Shown here: one piece after another, positions 1 through 11,225 of the stretch
How the letters are laid out: each line of letters begins with the position of its first letter
How positions within the stretch are numbered: position 1 is the stretch's first letter
NCBI GenBank assembly: GCA_040218735.1
Contig: JAVJQW010000070.1
Location: 320,001-384,000 of the forward strand
Reading direction: 5' to 3'
DNA length: 64,000 nucleotides
DNA from: Deltaproteobacteria bacterium
GTDB lineage: Bacteria > Myxococcota > Kuafuiibacteriia > Kuafuiibacteriales > Kuafuiibacteriaceae
Translations under genes and position numbers: made by a program
Notes under the pieces: generated by a model
What the model was told of the DNA's origin: nothing
What the model saw: the letters and a program-made list of their open reading frames with translations, nothing else
Databases searched by the model: none

Positions 1-718
1 CGCGACCGCGCTGGCGATGGTGGTCGGCGTGGCGAAGGTCCCCGAACAGATCGTCGCGATGCCGCCGTCGATGAGCGAGACGTTCCTCGCGATGGACCTG
101 AAGGCGGCGCTCGGCGTCGGTGTGTTGGAGCTGATCTTCGCGTTTGCGTTCGTGGATCTGTTCGACTCGATCGCCACGCTGATCGGCGTCGCGGATCAGG
201 GCGGCATGCTCGCGAAGAAGGAGGAGGGGACGACGTACCTCCCCGGCGCCACCCGCGCGCTCAGCGCAGACGCGGTCGGCACGATGGTCGGCGCTGCGTT
301 CGGGACTTCGACCGTAACCTCGTACGTGGAGAGCACGTCCGGCATCGCCGCCGGCGGCCGCACCGGGCTCACGGCCGTCGTGACGGGCCTCGGGTTCCTC
401 GCGATGTTGTTCGTCTCGCCGTTGATCGGCGTGGTGCCGTGGCAGGCGACGGCGCCCGTACTGATCATCGTCGCGGTGTTCATGCTGAAGAACCTCGTGA
501 AGATCGCGTTCGACGATCTCACGGAAGCCATCCCGGCGGTGGTCGCCTGCCTCGCCATCCCGCTGACGTTCTCGATCTCCGACGGGCTCGCGCTCGGGTT
601 CGTCACCTACCCGACGGTGAAGCTCCTCGCGGGGCGCCACCGCGACATTCACCCGATGATGGTCGTGCTCGCCCTCCTCTTCCTCGCCAAGTTCTTCTTC
701 CTGGGGCACGGCGGATGA
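1..718 (+). CDS. NCS2/AzgA-family purine (xanthine/guanine/adenine) permease, 5'-truncated by the window edge
   Basis: Polytopic hydrophobic protein with FVDLFDSIATL, ALSADAVGT and TSTVTSYVESTSGIAAGGRTGLT motifs typical of AzgA/PbuG. Confidence 0.9.
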   Translation, partial: ATALAMVVGVAKVPEQIVAMPPSMSETFLAMDLKAALGVGVLELIFAFAFVDLFDSIATLIGVADQGGMLAKKEEGTTYLPGATRALSADAVGTMVGAAFGTSTVTSYVESTSGIAAGGRTGLTAVVTGLGFLAMLFVSPLIGVVPWQATAPVLIIVAVFMLKNLVKIAFDDLTEAIPAVVACLAIPLTFSISDGLALGFVTYPTVKLLAGRHRDIHPMMVVLALLFLAKFFFLGHGG

Positions 719-722
719 CGGA

Positions 723-2075
723 TCAGTCCCAGCGCTCGACGACGACGCCGCGCTCCTGACACGCGCTGCACCGCACGACGTCGAGATCGATCCGGGGGGC
801 TTCGCCCAGCGCGGTGATCGCTTCCTTGAGCGCGCGGATCAGCGGGGTCACGCGTGCCGCGGTGCCGTCGGGGCAGCGCGGAGGGCCGGACATGTCCGCG
901 ATCTTGAACGCGAGGCGCAGGCTGATGGGGCGGTTGAGCTCGAGCTCGCCGAGCTGGGCACGGAGCTCCCGACGTTCCTCGGGCGGGTTGAGGCGCAAGA
1001 TCGAGACGATCTTCTGCTCGCTCGGCCACCAGTACGGTTGGTGCGACGCGATCACGCCGAGGTCGCCCTTCGCGGGCCCGAGGCGGAGGCTGCCGTACTC
1101 CGCTTCACACTTGTCACAGCGCACCGCGACCAGGAGCTCGCGCTCGGGCCCGAGCGAGGCCGTGATCGGTGTCTGCGGGTACGGCGAGGTGATGTCGCGG
1201 CTGAGGTTTTCTTCGGTGATCGGCGCGAGGTCGGTCGTGCCCTTGCGCACCTCGCCCAAGCCCGTCGTGTCGAAGTCGATGACGAGGTCGTCCTCGCTGA
1301 CATCACGCCACACGAACTGCGTGCTGTCTTCGAGCGCGCCCTCGTCGACGACGATGTCGATCGAGAGGTCCTCGGAGAGCGCCTCCTCCGTGGGGATCGA
1401 CGCGGGGATCGCTTCGGCGCTGGGCACACGCTCGGGGACGTCCGGACGGACCCCCGTCGTCACGTACTCGCGGAAGCCCGCGAGCGCGCTGTCCGACATG
1501 CGGTCGAGGTGGATCTCCATCCCCTTCGGCGTGTCCATGCAGACGCTCGCGATGTTGCCGGTGAGCACGAACTCCTCCTCGGAGTCGGGGTGGATCATGT
1601 TGAGCGCGACCTTCGTGCCCTGCTCCCGGAGCACCGGCGTCGTGAGGTACAGCGCGCCGGCGCGGACGTTCCGGTCGTAGAACTCGAGGAGGCGGTTCAC
1701 GTTCTTCAGCTTGATGAGGAACGTGGGGGTGTCGGGTGCGGTTCTCGACGGGGCGGGCGCGACCCCCGCGGCGTCGAGCCCGTAGACGAACTCGTCCCAG
1801 CGCGCCTTGGATGCGGACGAGAGCGCAAAGAGCTGCAGCCCGAGCCCCGGGGTCTGTCCGAGCTTTCGGTGGGAGACCACGGCCGTCGCGGGGAGCGGAC
1901 CGCTCGGGATGTCGATCGAGAGCTGGAGGAGCTGCCGTTCTTCGACGGAGGCGTCCGTCTTCACGAAGAGGCCGTGACGGCTGACGTCGAGGGTCTTGGC
2001 GTCGAGCTTGGTGCGCCCGACCGTGAGCTGCACCGGGAGCGACTGCGGGTACCGTTGGCTGCGCCGCTGCTCCAT
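723..2075 (-). CDS. Tandem PilZ-domain protein with acidic linker and C-terminal Cys-rich (Zn-ribbon-like) domain
   Basis: N-terminal QRRSQR (RxxxR) and DVSRHG (DxSxxG) c-di-GMP motifs; second PilZ-like segment NVRAGALYLTT; CDKC and CSAC pairs near the C-terminus. Confidence 0.75.
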   Translation of the reverse strand: MEQRRSQRYPQSLPVQLTVGRTKLDAKTLDVSRHGLFVKTDASVEERQLLQLSIDIPSGPLPATAVVSHRKLGQTPGLGLQLFALSSASKARWDEFVYGLDAAGVAPAPSRTAPDTPTFLIKLKNVNRLLEFYDRNVRAGALYLTTPVLREQGTKVALNMIHPDSEEEFVLTGNIASVCMDTPKGMEIHLDRMSDSALAGFREYVTTGVRPDVPERVPSAEAIPASIPTEEALSEDLSIDIVVDEGALEDSTQFVWRDVSEDDLVIDFDTTGLGEVRKGTTDLAPITEENLSRDITSPYPQTPITASLGPERELLVAVRCDKCEAEYGSLRLGPAKGDLGVIASHQPYWWPSEQKIVSILRLNPPEERRELRAQLGELELNRPISLRLAFKIADMSGPPRCPDGTAARVTPLIRALKEAITALGEAPRIDLDVVRCSACQERGVVVERWD

Positions 2076-2110
2076 CGGGGCGGATTAACACCCCGCCGCC
2101 ACGTTGACCA

Positions 2111-3541
2111 CTACTCCTGCTCGACGGGGGGCGTGACGTAGAACGAGCGCGCGCGGCGGTTTTCGTCGACCCGCAGCGGCATCAGCAGCGGCGGGAACGC
2201 GCGCTGCTCGCAGTCGGTGCGTTCGCACATTCGACACGCGACGCCGATCGGGACGGCGGCGGTGAGGCTCTCGAGATCGACACCGCGCGCGTAGACCAGC
2301 GCCTTCGCGAAGCGCACTTCGCAGCCGATGCCGACGGCGTGGAGGGCGTGGGGCGCGGTGAAGCCGCCGCTGTTGTCGCGGACGGTCCGGGCCACGGAGA
2401 AGTAGGCGGTGCCGTCGGGCATCTGGGAGATTTGCACGCGCACCATGCCCGGCGTGAGGAAGGCCTGGTGCTCGTTCCACCGTGGGCACGCGCCGGAGAA
2501 GCGGGCGAAGCGGAAGCCGGAGGCGGAGAAGCGCTTGGAGATGTTGCCCGCGACGTCGATGCGAACCATGTGCAGCGGGATGGCCTCCTGCCCGGGACGT
2601 CGCAGCGTGGTGAGGCGGTGACAGACCTGCTCAAAGCTGGAGCGAAAGCGGTGCCCGAGGAGCTCGACGTCGTAGGCGAGGTCCTTCGCGGCGTCGAGGA
2701 ACGGCTGGTACGGCATCAACACCGAACCGGCGAAGTAGTTCGCGAGCGCGACGCGGCACAGCGAACGAGATTCGGGCGACGTCAGGCCGTGGTCGCGGGA
2801 GATGCGGTTGAGGACGTCGGAGCTGTCGAGCAACCCGATCTGGTGCGCGAGCTGGAAGTTGCGCGAGCGCGGCGCGAGGATCTCGGAGAGGAGCAGCACG
2901 TGCTCCCGCGGTTGGAAGACGCGGACGTGCCCGCCCATGTTGGCTTCCTTCTCGACGCGAACCTGAATGCCGTGGACGGAGTCGAGGTACTCGACGAGGC
3001 CGCGGTACATGTCGTTGCCGTCGAGGCGGGCGATCCGCCAGAGCATCTCGGCGGCGTCCTCGAGATCCGGGAAGTAGTTGTGGTGGCGTTGGATGAGGTC
3101 GCTGACCTCCTCGCTCGGCATGCCCACCGGCTCGGAGCCTTCGTCGCTCACGCTCGACGCGAGCGCGGAGGCGGAGTCCTTGGCGGTGCGGTAGGCCTGG
3201 TAGAGCGTGGACGTCGCGCGCGCGAGGTTCGGGTAGTTGTTCGCGAACTCGCGGACGTCGCCCTGGACGAGCTCGAGGCTGTCGAACATCGGGTCCGCGA
3301 AGGCCTCCATGAGGTCGCCGACCATCTGCGCCTGGTCGTCGACGGTGAACGACTGCAGGTCGAGGTTGAACATCTGCGCGAGCTTGATCAGCAGGTGCGC
3401 GGAGAGCGGGCGGCGGTTGTGCTCGATGAGGTTGAGGTAGCTCGCGCTGATATCGAGGCGCTGCGCGAGCTGGACCTGCGTGAGGTTTTCGCGGCGGCGG
3501 AGGGCGCGGATCTTCGATCCCAGCTTCGGCGACTCGGCCAT
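2111..3541 (-). CDS. ramB: XRE-family short-chain fatty acyl-CoA regulator (ScfR/RamB type), glyoxylate shunt regulator
   Basis: N-terminal XRE HTH (ISASYLNLIEHNRRP), IrrE-like FQLAHQIG, RIDVAGNISKRFSA and C-terminal CRMCERTDCEQRAFP; divergent from aceB-aceA. Confidence 0.85.
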   Translation of the reverse strand: MAESPKLGSKIRALRRRENLTQVQLAQRLDISASYLNLIEHNRRPLSAHLLIKLAQMFNLDLQSFTVDDQAQMVGDLMEAFADPMFDSLELVQGDVREFANNYPNLARATSTLYQAYRTAKDSASALASSVSDEGSEPVGMPSEEVSDLIQRHHNYFPDLEDAAEMLWRIARLDGNDMYRGLVEYLDSVHGIQVRVEKEANMGGHVRVFQPREHVLLLSEILAPRSRNFQLAHQIGLLDSSDVLNRISRDHGLTSPESRSLCRVALANYFAGSVLMPYQPFLDAAKDLAYDVELLGHRFRSSFEQVCHRLTTLRRPGQEAIPLHMVRIDVAGNISKRFSASGFRFARFSGACPRWNEHQAFLTPGMVRVQISQMPDGTAYFSVARTVRDNSGGFTAPHALHAVGIGCEVRFAKALVYARGVDLESLTAAVPIGVACRMCERTDCEQRAFPPLLMPLRVDENRRARSFYVTPPVEQE

Positions 3542-3671
3542 GAGGCCAAAAGCTCAATGATTTCGCGGTGCGTTGTCAACTCTTCACAACGTTTACAGTT
3601 TTACAGCCAAACGTTGACTGATCACGAACAGATTAACTCACTGATTTTATTAGTTAATTGCGCTTTCTTGC
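3542..3671. promoter_or_regulatory. AT-rich divergent promoter region ramB / aceBA with TT(T/C)ACA direct repeats
   Basis: TTCACA 3583-3588, TTTACA 3592-3597 and 3600-3605; TTGACA on the minus strand at 3574-3579; markedly AT-rich versus flanks. Confidence 0.6.
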
Positions 3672-5291
<1,620 letters not shown>

Positions 5292-5368
5292 CGCGTCACA
5301 CCCCACGCTCAACAATCACCATTCAATGTAATCGTTCGAATAGAACGCGCCGAAAGGAAACCAAACCC

Positions 5369-6622
5369 ATGTCCGCAGCCACCACCGTCACCGCCGACCG
5401 CTTCGAAGGCATCACCCGCCCCTACTCCCCGCAGGACGTCGCGCGCCTCCGTGGCTCGATCGACATCAAGTACACCCTCGCCGACCTCGGCGCGCGCCGC
5501 CTCTGGCAGCTCATCAACGAGGAGCCCTTCGTGAACGCGCTTGGCGCGCTCACCGGCAACCAGGCGATGCAGCAGGTCCGCGCGGGCCTCAAGGCGATCT
5601 ACGTCTCCGGCTGGCAGTGCGCCGCGGACGCGAACCTCTCCGGCCAGATGTACCCGGACCAGAGCCTGTACCCCGCGAACTCGGTGCCGATGCTCGTCAA
5701 CCGCATCAACCAGGCGCTGCAGCGCGCCGACCAGATCGAGCACAGCGAAGGCACGATGGGCGACCGCTACTGGTTCGCGCCGATCGTCGCGGACGCCGAG
5801 GCCGGCTTCGGCGGCCCGCTCAACGCATTCGAGCTGATGAAGGGCATGATCGAAGCGGGCGCAGCGGGCGTTCACTTCGAGGACCAGCTCTCCAGCGAGA
5901 AGAAGTGCGGCCACCTCGGCGGCAAGGTCCTCGTCCCCACGAGCCAGTTCATCCGCAGCCTGATCGCCGCGCGCCTCGCGGCCGACGTCTGCAACGTCCC
6001 GACCGTCCTCATCGCCCGCACCGACGCCGACGCGGCGCGCCTCCTCACCAGCGACATCGACCCGCGCGACCGGAAGTTCTGCACGGGCGAGCGCACGCCG
6101 GAGGGCTTCTTCCGCATCAAGGGCGGCATCGAGATGGCGATCGACCGCGGCCTCTCCTACGCGCCCTACGCGGACCTCATTTGGTGCGAGACCTCGCACC
6201 CGGACCTCGACGAGGCCAAGCAGTTCGCAGAGGGCATCCGCGAGAAGTTCCCGAACAAGCTCCTCGCGTACAACTGCTCGCCGTCGTTCAACTGGAAGAA
6301 GAAGCTCGACGACGCCACGATCGCGAAGTTCCAGCGTGAGCTGGGCGCGATGGGCTACAAGTTCCAGTTCGTCACCCTCGCCGGCTTCCACGCGCTCAAC
6401 CACTCGATGTTCGAGCTGGCGCGCGAGTACAAGACCGAGGGCATGGCCGCCTACTCGCGGCTGCAGCAGGCCGAGTTCGCGAGCGAGACCAACGGCTACT
6501 CCGCCACGCGCCACCAGCGCGAGGTCGGCACGGGTTACTTCGACGAGGTCGCACAGGTCATCAGCGGCGGCACCGCGTCGACCCTCGCGCTGAAGGAGTC
6601 CACGGAAGCCGAGCAGTTCTGA
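5369..6622 (+). CDS. aceA: Isocitrate lyase (true start at ATG 5369, not the track's 4049)
   Basis: KKCGH catalytic motif, [27 protein letters not shown]; strong SD GAAAGGA upstream of the ATG. Confidence 0.97.
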   Translation: MSAATTVTADRFEGITRPYSPQDVARLRGSIDIKYTLADLGARRLWQLINEEPFVNALGALTGNQAMQQVRAGLKAIYVSGWQCAADANLSGQMYPDQSLYPANSVPMLVNRINQALQRADQIEHSEGTMGDRYWFAPIVADAEAGFGGPLNAFELMKGMIEAGAAGVHFEDQLSSEKKCGHLGGKVLVPTSQFIRSLIAARLAADVCNVPTVLIARTDADAARLLTSDIDPRDRKFCTGERTPEGFFRIKGGIEMAIDRGLSYAPYADLIWCETSHPDLDEAKQFAEGIREKFPNKLLAYNCSPSFNWKKKLDDATIAKFQRELGAMGYKFQFVTLAGFHALNHSMFELAREYKTEGMAAYSRLQQAEFASETNGYSATRHQREVGTGYFDEVAQVISGGTASTLALKESTEAEQF

Positions 6623-6628
6623 GCGAGG

Positions 6629-6657
6629 CGGTCATCGCCCCGAAGGGGCGACGACCG
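6629..6657. terminator. GC-rich hairpin between convergent aceA and DUF4139 units
   Basis: CGGTCATCGCCCC-GAA-GGGGCGACGACCG; no U-tract. Confidence 0.5.
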
Positions 6658-6697
6658 TCCGAGCTCGTGCCCTGAAGAAGCGCGCCAAGCGCGCTTC

Positions 6698-6910
6698 CTA
6701 CTCCCGCTCCAACCGCCGGATCAGCTTCCGAGCGATCGCCCGCAACCGATCGTCCCGGCCCGCGCGCGCCGCTTTCCGCGCCCCACCGAGCTCCGTCTCT
6801 TCCTCGTGCGCCACGGCGCCCGCTTTCAGGATCTCCCCGCGCACCGTCGGGTCGTCCTCGTCGAGGGTCATGAGGCCGTCGTACTCGTCCATCGTCTCGT
6901 CTTCGTCCAT
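6698..6910 (-). CDS. Small hypothetical protein (70 aa; acidic N-terminus, basic C-terminus)
   Basis: ATG abuts the TAG of the upstream DUF4139 gene; genome-like codon usage. Confidence 0.5.
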   Translation of the reverse strand: MDEDETMDEYDGLMTLDEDDPTVRGEILKAGAVAHEEETELGGARKAARAGRDDRLRAIARKLIRRLERE

Positions 6911-8518
6911 CTAGAGGCCCTCCACGCCCGGGGCGACCGCGACCGACCAGGCGAGCTGGCGCGTCGCGCGGCCGTGCGGATCCAGGTCCAGCGTCCACCG
7001 CACGAAGCCGTCGTCGTCGACGGAAGAGCCGTGCGACGTGTCCTCCTCGAGCAGCGCCACGCGCACCTGCTCGACCTCCGAGACCGCGATGCGCTCCGTG
7101 ATCGCCAGCCGCTTCGGATCCCCGCCGAGGTTCGACAGAAAGATCTTCACGAGCCGCGCGTCCACGCGCCAGCCGTCCACGTGGTCGACCTCCGACGCCT
7201 CCTGCACCGTGCGCGTCACGCGCACCGCGTCGTCCGGTCCGAAGGACAGCGAGAACCGCTGCCCCGGCGCCACGAACAACGTCTCCGTCCAACCGACGAA
7301 CCCGTGCTCCCGCACCAGCGCCACCGGCCCGGCGAGGATCGGACGCGACCCGGTGTTCACCAGGACCGTCTCGAGGAACGCCTTCGTGTCGAGCTCGGCG
7401 ATCACGACCAGCCGCGCCTCACACGGCGCCTCGAACGCGTCGACCGGCACCGTCGTCGGCCGCCCGTCGGAGGGCACGTCGTGTCGCCCGTCCGCGCGCA
7501 GCACCTGGATGTCACCGCCGTCGTCCACGCCCGGCAGCTCCCGTGCCGAGGGCGCACCACCCGGCCCGCCGCCGCCCTTCACCTGCGCGCGCTGCACGCG
7601 GACCTGCCGCGCCTCGACCTCCACCTGCTCGGATCGCCGCCGCGCCGTGAGGCGATCGTCGGAGAGCAGCGGCGGCTCGGTGCCGAGTGAGGAGCGCGCG
7701 GTCGAGAACGCGAGCTCCACGTCCGACCAGTCCTCACCCGTCCGCTGCCACACCACCGCGGACATCTCGAAAGCCACCTTGCCGTCGACCAACCGCGCCC
7801 GGTGCATCGGGCGCCACAGCGCGCTCGGCACCACGTAGTCGACCTCCAGCCGCAGCTTGCCGGCCGCAGTGGCGTGTACGTCGATCTCCACCCACGCTAC
7901 GAACCGGCGCGTCGTCGTCGTCGCGGCTTGCCGCCGCAGCACGGCGTTGTCGAGCGCTTCACTCGTGTCGATCTGGTGGTGGTAGACGTCGAACGTCTCC
8001 TGCCGCATCGAGCGCATCCGCTCGAAGAGCCGCTCGAAGTTCTCGCGCCAGGCCTGCTGATTCACCATCCCCCACGCCGCGTCGACCGGGATCTCCTCCG
8101 CGCTCTTCATCGCGATGTCCGAGATCTGCTCGTAGCGATCCGCCAACCGCGTACGGTCCTCCGACAGGTGCCGCAGCGTCCGGCGGTGCCCCTCGATCTC
8201 CGTGTCGATCCGCGCGATGTCCTCGGGCTGGTCCTCGTGCCACACGCGCATCGCGCGCCGGCACCGCAGATCCGTCACCTTCGCTTCGCCGTCGATCGCG
8301 CCGGCCAGCGACACGTCCTGGAGCGTCGGCGCGACGTCGAGGACGACGAGCCGATTCGTCCCCTCGACCACGTCGACCTCCGCCCAGCGCCGCACCCGCG
8401 CGCGGTCCTCGAGCAGCGTCACCTCGCGCACGGGGACGGGCACCACGGTGCGCGACGTATCGATCGGCGGGAAGTGTCGAACCTCGCTCACCTCAGGCCT
8501 CCCTTCGGTTGCCGCCAA
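6911..8518 (-). CDS. DUF4139/DUF4140 (mucoidy inhibitor MuiA-like) protein
   Basis: VTLLEDRARVRR N-terminus, coiled coil, ALWRPMHRARL, WQRTGEDWSDVELAFSTARS, LSFGPD. Confidence 0.85.
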   Translation of the reverse strand: MAATEGRPEVSEVRHFPPIDTSRTVVPVPVREVTLLEDRARVRRWAEVDVVEGTNRLVVLDVAPTLQDVSLAGAIDGEAKVTDLRCRRAMRVWHEDQPEDIARIDTEIEGHRRTLRHLSEDRTRLADRYEQISDIAMKSAEEIPVDAAWGMVNQQAWRENFERLFERMRSMRQETFDVYHHQIDTSEALDNAVLRRQAATTTTRRFVAWVEIDVHATAAGKLRLEVDYVVPSALWRPMHRARLVDGKVAFEMSAVVWQRTGEDWSDVELAFSTARSSLGTEPPLLSDDRLTARRRSEQVEVEARQVRVQRAQVKGGGGPGGAPSARELPGVDDGGDIQVLRADGRHDVPSDGRPTTVPVDAFEAPCEARLVVIAELDTKAFLETVLVNTGSRPILAGPVALVREHGFVGWTETLFVAPGQRFSLSFGPDDAVRVTRTVQEASEVDHVDGWRVDARLVKIFLSNLGGDPKRLAITERIAVSEVEQVRVALLEEDTSHGSSVDDDGFVRWTLDLDPHGRATRQLAWSVAVAPGVEGL

Positions 8519-10661
8519 CGATCTCGTTGTTGGCGTAGATCTTCACGACGTAGCGCGCCGACAGCTTCACCTCGGAGCGCGCCGGGACGCTCACCGTCCA
8601 TGACCGCCCGCCCACCAGCGGCGCACCGCGCTCCTCCTGGTCGTACCGCGTCCACGCGGGCGCGACCTCGACCTCCTCCACCACGACCTCCGCGTCCGCG
8701 TCTGGCCAGGGGATGCGCTCCCGCACCTCGCAGCGCACGTCACGGCCGAGGTTGTTCACGAGCTCCACCGCGATGTCGTGCACGAGCTCGTTCGTCGCGA
8801 CCACCGCGTCGCTCGTGCGCTGCTCCGAGAAACGTGTGTTGCGTGCGCAACGGATCGCCTGCTCGACGCCCAACCCCAACGTGAGGCGCCCCTTCGGCGC
8901 GACGTTGTCGATCGAAGTCGTGAGCACGTACTCGTCACCGACGTACAGCTCCGCCGGCCCGGACAGCAGCGGCGCGAAGAGCGGGTTCTCGATCTCCGCG
9001 ATGCGGAAGACGTTCTCGTCCTCACGCGGCACCACCACGTAGTGGACGTCGCAAGCCGACTTGCGCGTCCCGAGCGGCACCGAGTGGAAGACCCCGTCGG
9101 AGTCCACGTCCACCGGCGCGTCCGCGTCGTAGGTGTAGTCGAACGCACCCGACGCTCGCCCGACGTCGATCGCGTCCCGCGGCAGCGCGACGTCCGACGC
9201 CGCGTGCGCGCGCCGCACCGCCTGTTCGACGACGCTCAGCACGTCCAGGTCCAACGCGCGCCCGTCCCGGCTCAGTGTCTCGAGGTACTGCGCGCGCCGG
9301 TCCACCGGGAGGAGGCGCTGTCGCCGCGCCCCGTCCGCCGGGGACTGCAGCACGAGCTGTGTATAGATCGTCGCCTCCAGCACCGTGGTCGGGATGCCTC
9401 CGCTCTCCTCGCGCAGCGCGGCCGAGCGCTTCTTCTCCTTGCGACGCGCGCGGACCGTCGGCGCCGGACGCGCCGGGGCCGGCGGCGCCGAACGCATCAG
9501 CTTCGCGCTCGGCGGCGGCATCTCCGTCATCGCCATCATCTCGTCGGCCTCTTCGTCGTAGCCCTCGTCTTCGAACGCGTCGGGCTCCGGCGCCGCACCA
9601 CCCACGGAAGACATCGCCGCCATCATCGAAGGATCCATGCCCCCGCCGTAGGCCGGGTGCTGCCGCTCCACGGTCACCGACGGCGCCACGATGTTCGTCG
9701 ACGGCGCCACGAAGGGCTCGGCCGGCGGCACCATGCGCGAAGTGGCCTGCAGCGCGCGGTCGTAGTCGGCGTACAGCTGCGATGCTCCCGCCGGCGGCGG
9801 CCTGAAGCCCCGCTTCGAGGACGGCGACGCCTGACGTTTGCCGATGCGCAGCGCCGACAGCTCGGGTAGCTCCGTCCACGTCATCGGGTTCGCGGTCGAT
9901 AGCGACAGGCGAACGCCCCGCCAGTCCTCCCCGCTCTGCTGACACACCAGCGCCCGCTGAACGATCTCCGCGGAGGTCGCGTCCTTCGCGAGGCGCACCT
10001 GGTAGGCCGGCGCCCAGCGCGCGCCGCCCACGTGGTAATCGAGCGCGAGCACCGCCCGGGTCGCCGAGCCGGAGAGCTTCGCGACCACGGTCTTGGTGAC
10101 CTCCTGCGTCGAGATTCGCCGTGCGGTCGACGCCTCCTCCCGCCGCATCCGCAGCTCGGTGAGGCGCTTCTTCAGCTGCGTGATCTCGTCTTCGATCGTG
10201 CGGCGCCGTTCCGAGCGCGTCGTCCGGGCGTCGTGCACGAACGACTCGAGCAGCTCACGCGCCGCGATCGGCGAGGCCGGGGGTGCCTTGCCCTCCTCCG
10301 GCTCGGGCCGCGCCGGCACCTCCATGTCGCCGAGCAGCGCATTCTCCAGCTCGAGATCTTCGCGCTCGACGTCGAGCTTCTCGATGCGTCGCTCCAGCTC
10401 GCGGATCTCGGCTTCGTCCGGCGGCTCGGGGAGCGAGCCCTTTGGCGCGACATACAGGCCGACGTGGACGCTTCGCACCACGAGGTCCGCGCCCCCTTCG
10501 GCCTCGATGACCGACACCCGGACGGTGCCGTCGGTCAACGCGAGCGGGAGGCCGGGTATCGAGACGGTGTCCTCGACGGGCGCGACCTCCACGCGGCGGC
10601 GGACCCGGGCGCCCTGACGGTAGACGGTGACTCGTTCGATCGAGGACTCGACTTCGCGCAT
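8493..10661 (-). CDS. DUF4139/DUF4140 domain protein (paralogue of the downstream gene)
   Basis: IERVTVYRQGARVRR, ARWAPAY, QQSGEDWRGVRLSLSTA, LGLGVEQ. Confidence 0.85.
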   Translation of the reverse strand: MREVESSIERVTVYRQGARVRRRVEVAPVEDTVSIPGLPLALTDGTVRVSVIEAEGGADLVVRSVHVGLYVAPKGSLPEPPDEAEIRELERRIEKLDVEREDLELENALLGDMEVPARPEPEEGKAPPASPIAARELLESFVHDARTTRSERRRTIEDEITQLKKRLTELRMRREEASTARRISTQEVTKTVVAKLSGSATRAVLALDYHVGGARWAPAYQVRLAKDATSAEIVQRALVCQQSGEDWRGVRLSLSTANPMTWTELPELSALRIGKRQASPSSKRGFRPPPAGASQLYADYDRALQATSRMVPPAEPFVAPSTNIVAPSVTVERQHPAYGGGMDPSMMAAMSSVGGAAPEPDAFEDEGYDEEADEMMAMTEMPPPSAKLMRSAPPAPARPAPTVRARRKEKKRSAALREESGGIPTTVLEATIYTQLVLQSPADGARRQRLLPVDRRAQYLETLSRDGRALDLDVLSVVEQAVRRAHAASDVALPRDAIDVGRASGAFDYTYDADAPVDVDSDGVFHSVPLGTRKSACDVHYVVVPREDENVFRIAEIENPLFAPLLSGPAELYVGDEYVLTTSIDNVAPKGRLTLGLGVEQAIRCARNTRFSEQRTSDAVVATNELVHDIAVELVNNLGRDVRCEVRERIPWPDADAEVVVEEVEVAPAWTRYDQEERGAPLVGGRSWTVSVPARSEVKLSARYVVKIYANNEIVGGNRREA

Positions 10662-10694
10662 GGCTGGCGAGCCCGAGTTACCACGAATCCGAGG

Positions 10695-11159
10695 TCACGG
10701 CGCCTGGTGCACCACCTTGCCGAACCCGTCGTTGAGCACGATGCGGGGGCGGCCCTTCGCGTCGATGCCCAGCTCGACCGCCGCTTTGCTCGTGGCCTGC
10801 ATGAATCGCACGTGGGCCGCGCCGTCCGGCGCGATCTCGATCGTTCCGGTGCGCTGGGTGTTCTTCAGTCGGAGCGCAACGCTGCCGTCCGACATCACCG
10901 TCATCCCCGCGTCGGAGCGGCCGCCGGGGCCCTGCATGAGGAAGCTCACGGCGCCGTCGTCGGTCAGCGCCAGCTGCGCGCGGCTGTTGCCGGACTCGTC
11001 GACCAGCACAAACGCCCGCGCGTCGACGACGGCCGGCGCCGTCCGCTTCGCAGCGACCAGCCCGACCGCGAGGACAGCCACCACCGCGAGCGCGATCGTG
11101 TGCCTCAGGCGACGTTCGAGGCGCCGCACGCGGGATTCAAGGTTCTCTTCGGGGTGCAT
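10695..11159 (-). CDS. Hypothetical membrane-anchored protein (coiled coil, one TM, beta-rich repeats)
   Basis: ATG at 11159 (MHPEENLESRVRRLERR); TM IALAVVAVLAVGLVAA; the long upstream extension in the track is an antisense shadow. Confidence 0.7.
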   Translation of the reverse strand: MHPEENLESRVRRLERRLRHTIALAVVAVLAVGLVAAKRTAPAVVDARAFVLVDESGNSRAQLALTDDGAVSFLMQGPGGRSDAGMTVMSDGSVALRLKNTQRTGTIEIAPDGAAHVRFMQATSKAAVELGIDAKGRPRIVLNDGFGKVVHQAP

Positions 11160-11225
11160 GGCCGACAGAGGACCATGAGCCGGGTGCGTTGATAAAGCGG
11201 TCGGGTTGTCCGAGACTGTGCGCCC

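Noticed and set aside
6911-10661. Tandem DUF4139 genes as a novel system
   Set aside because: A commonly seen paralogue pair with no additional unusual context here.
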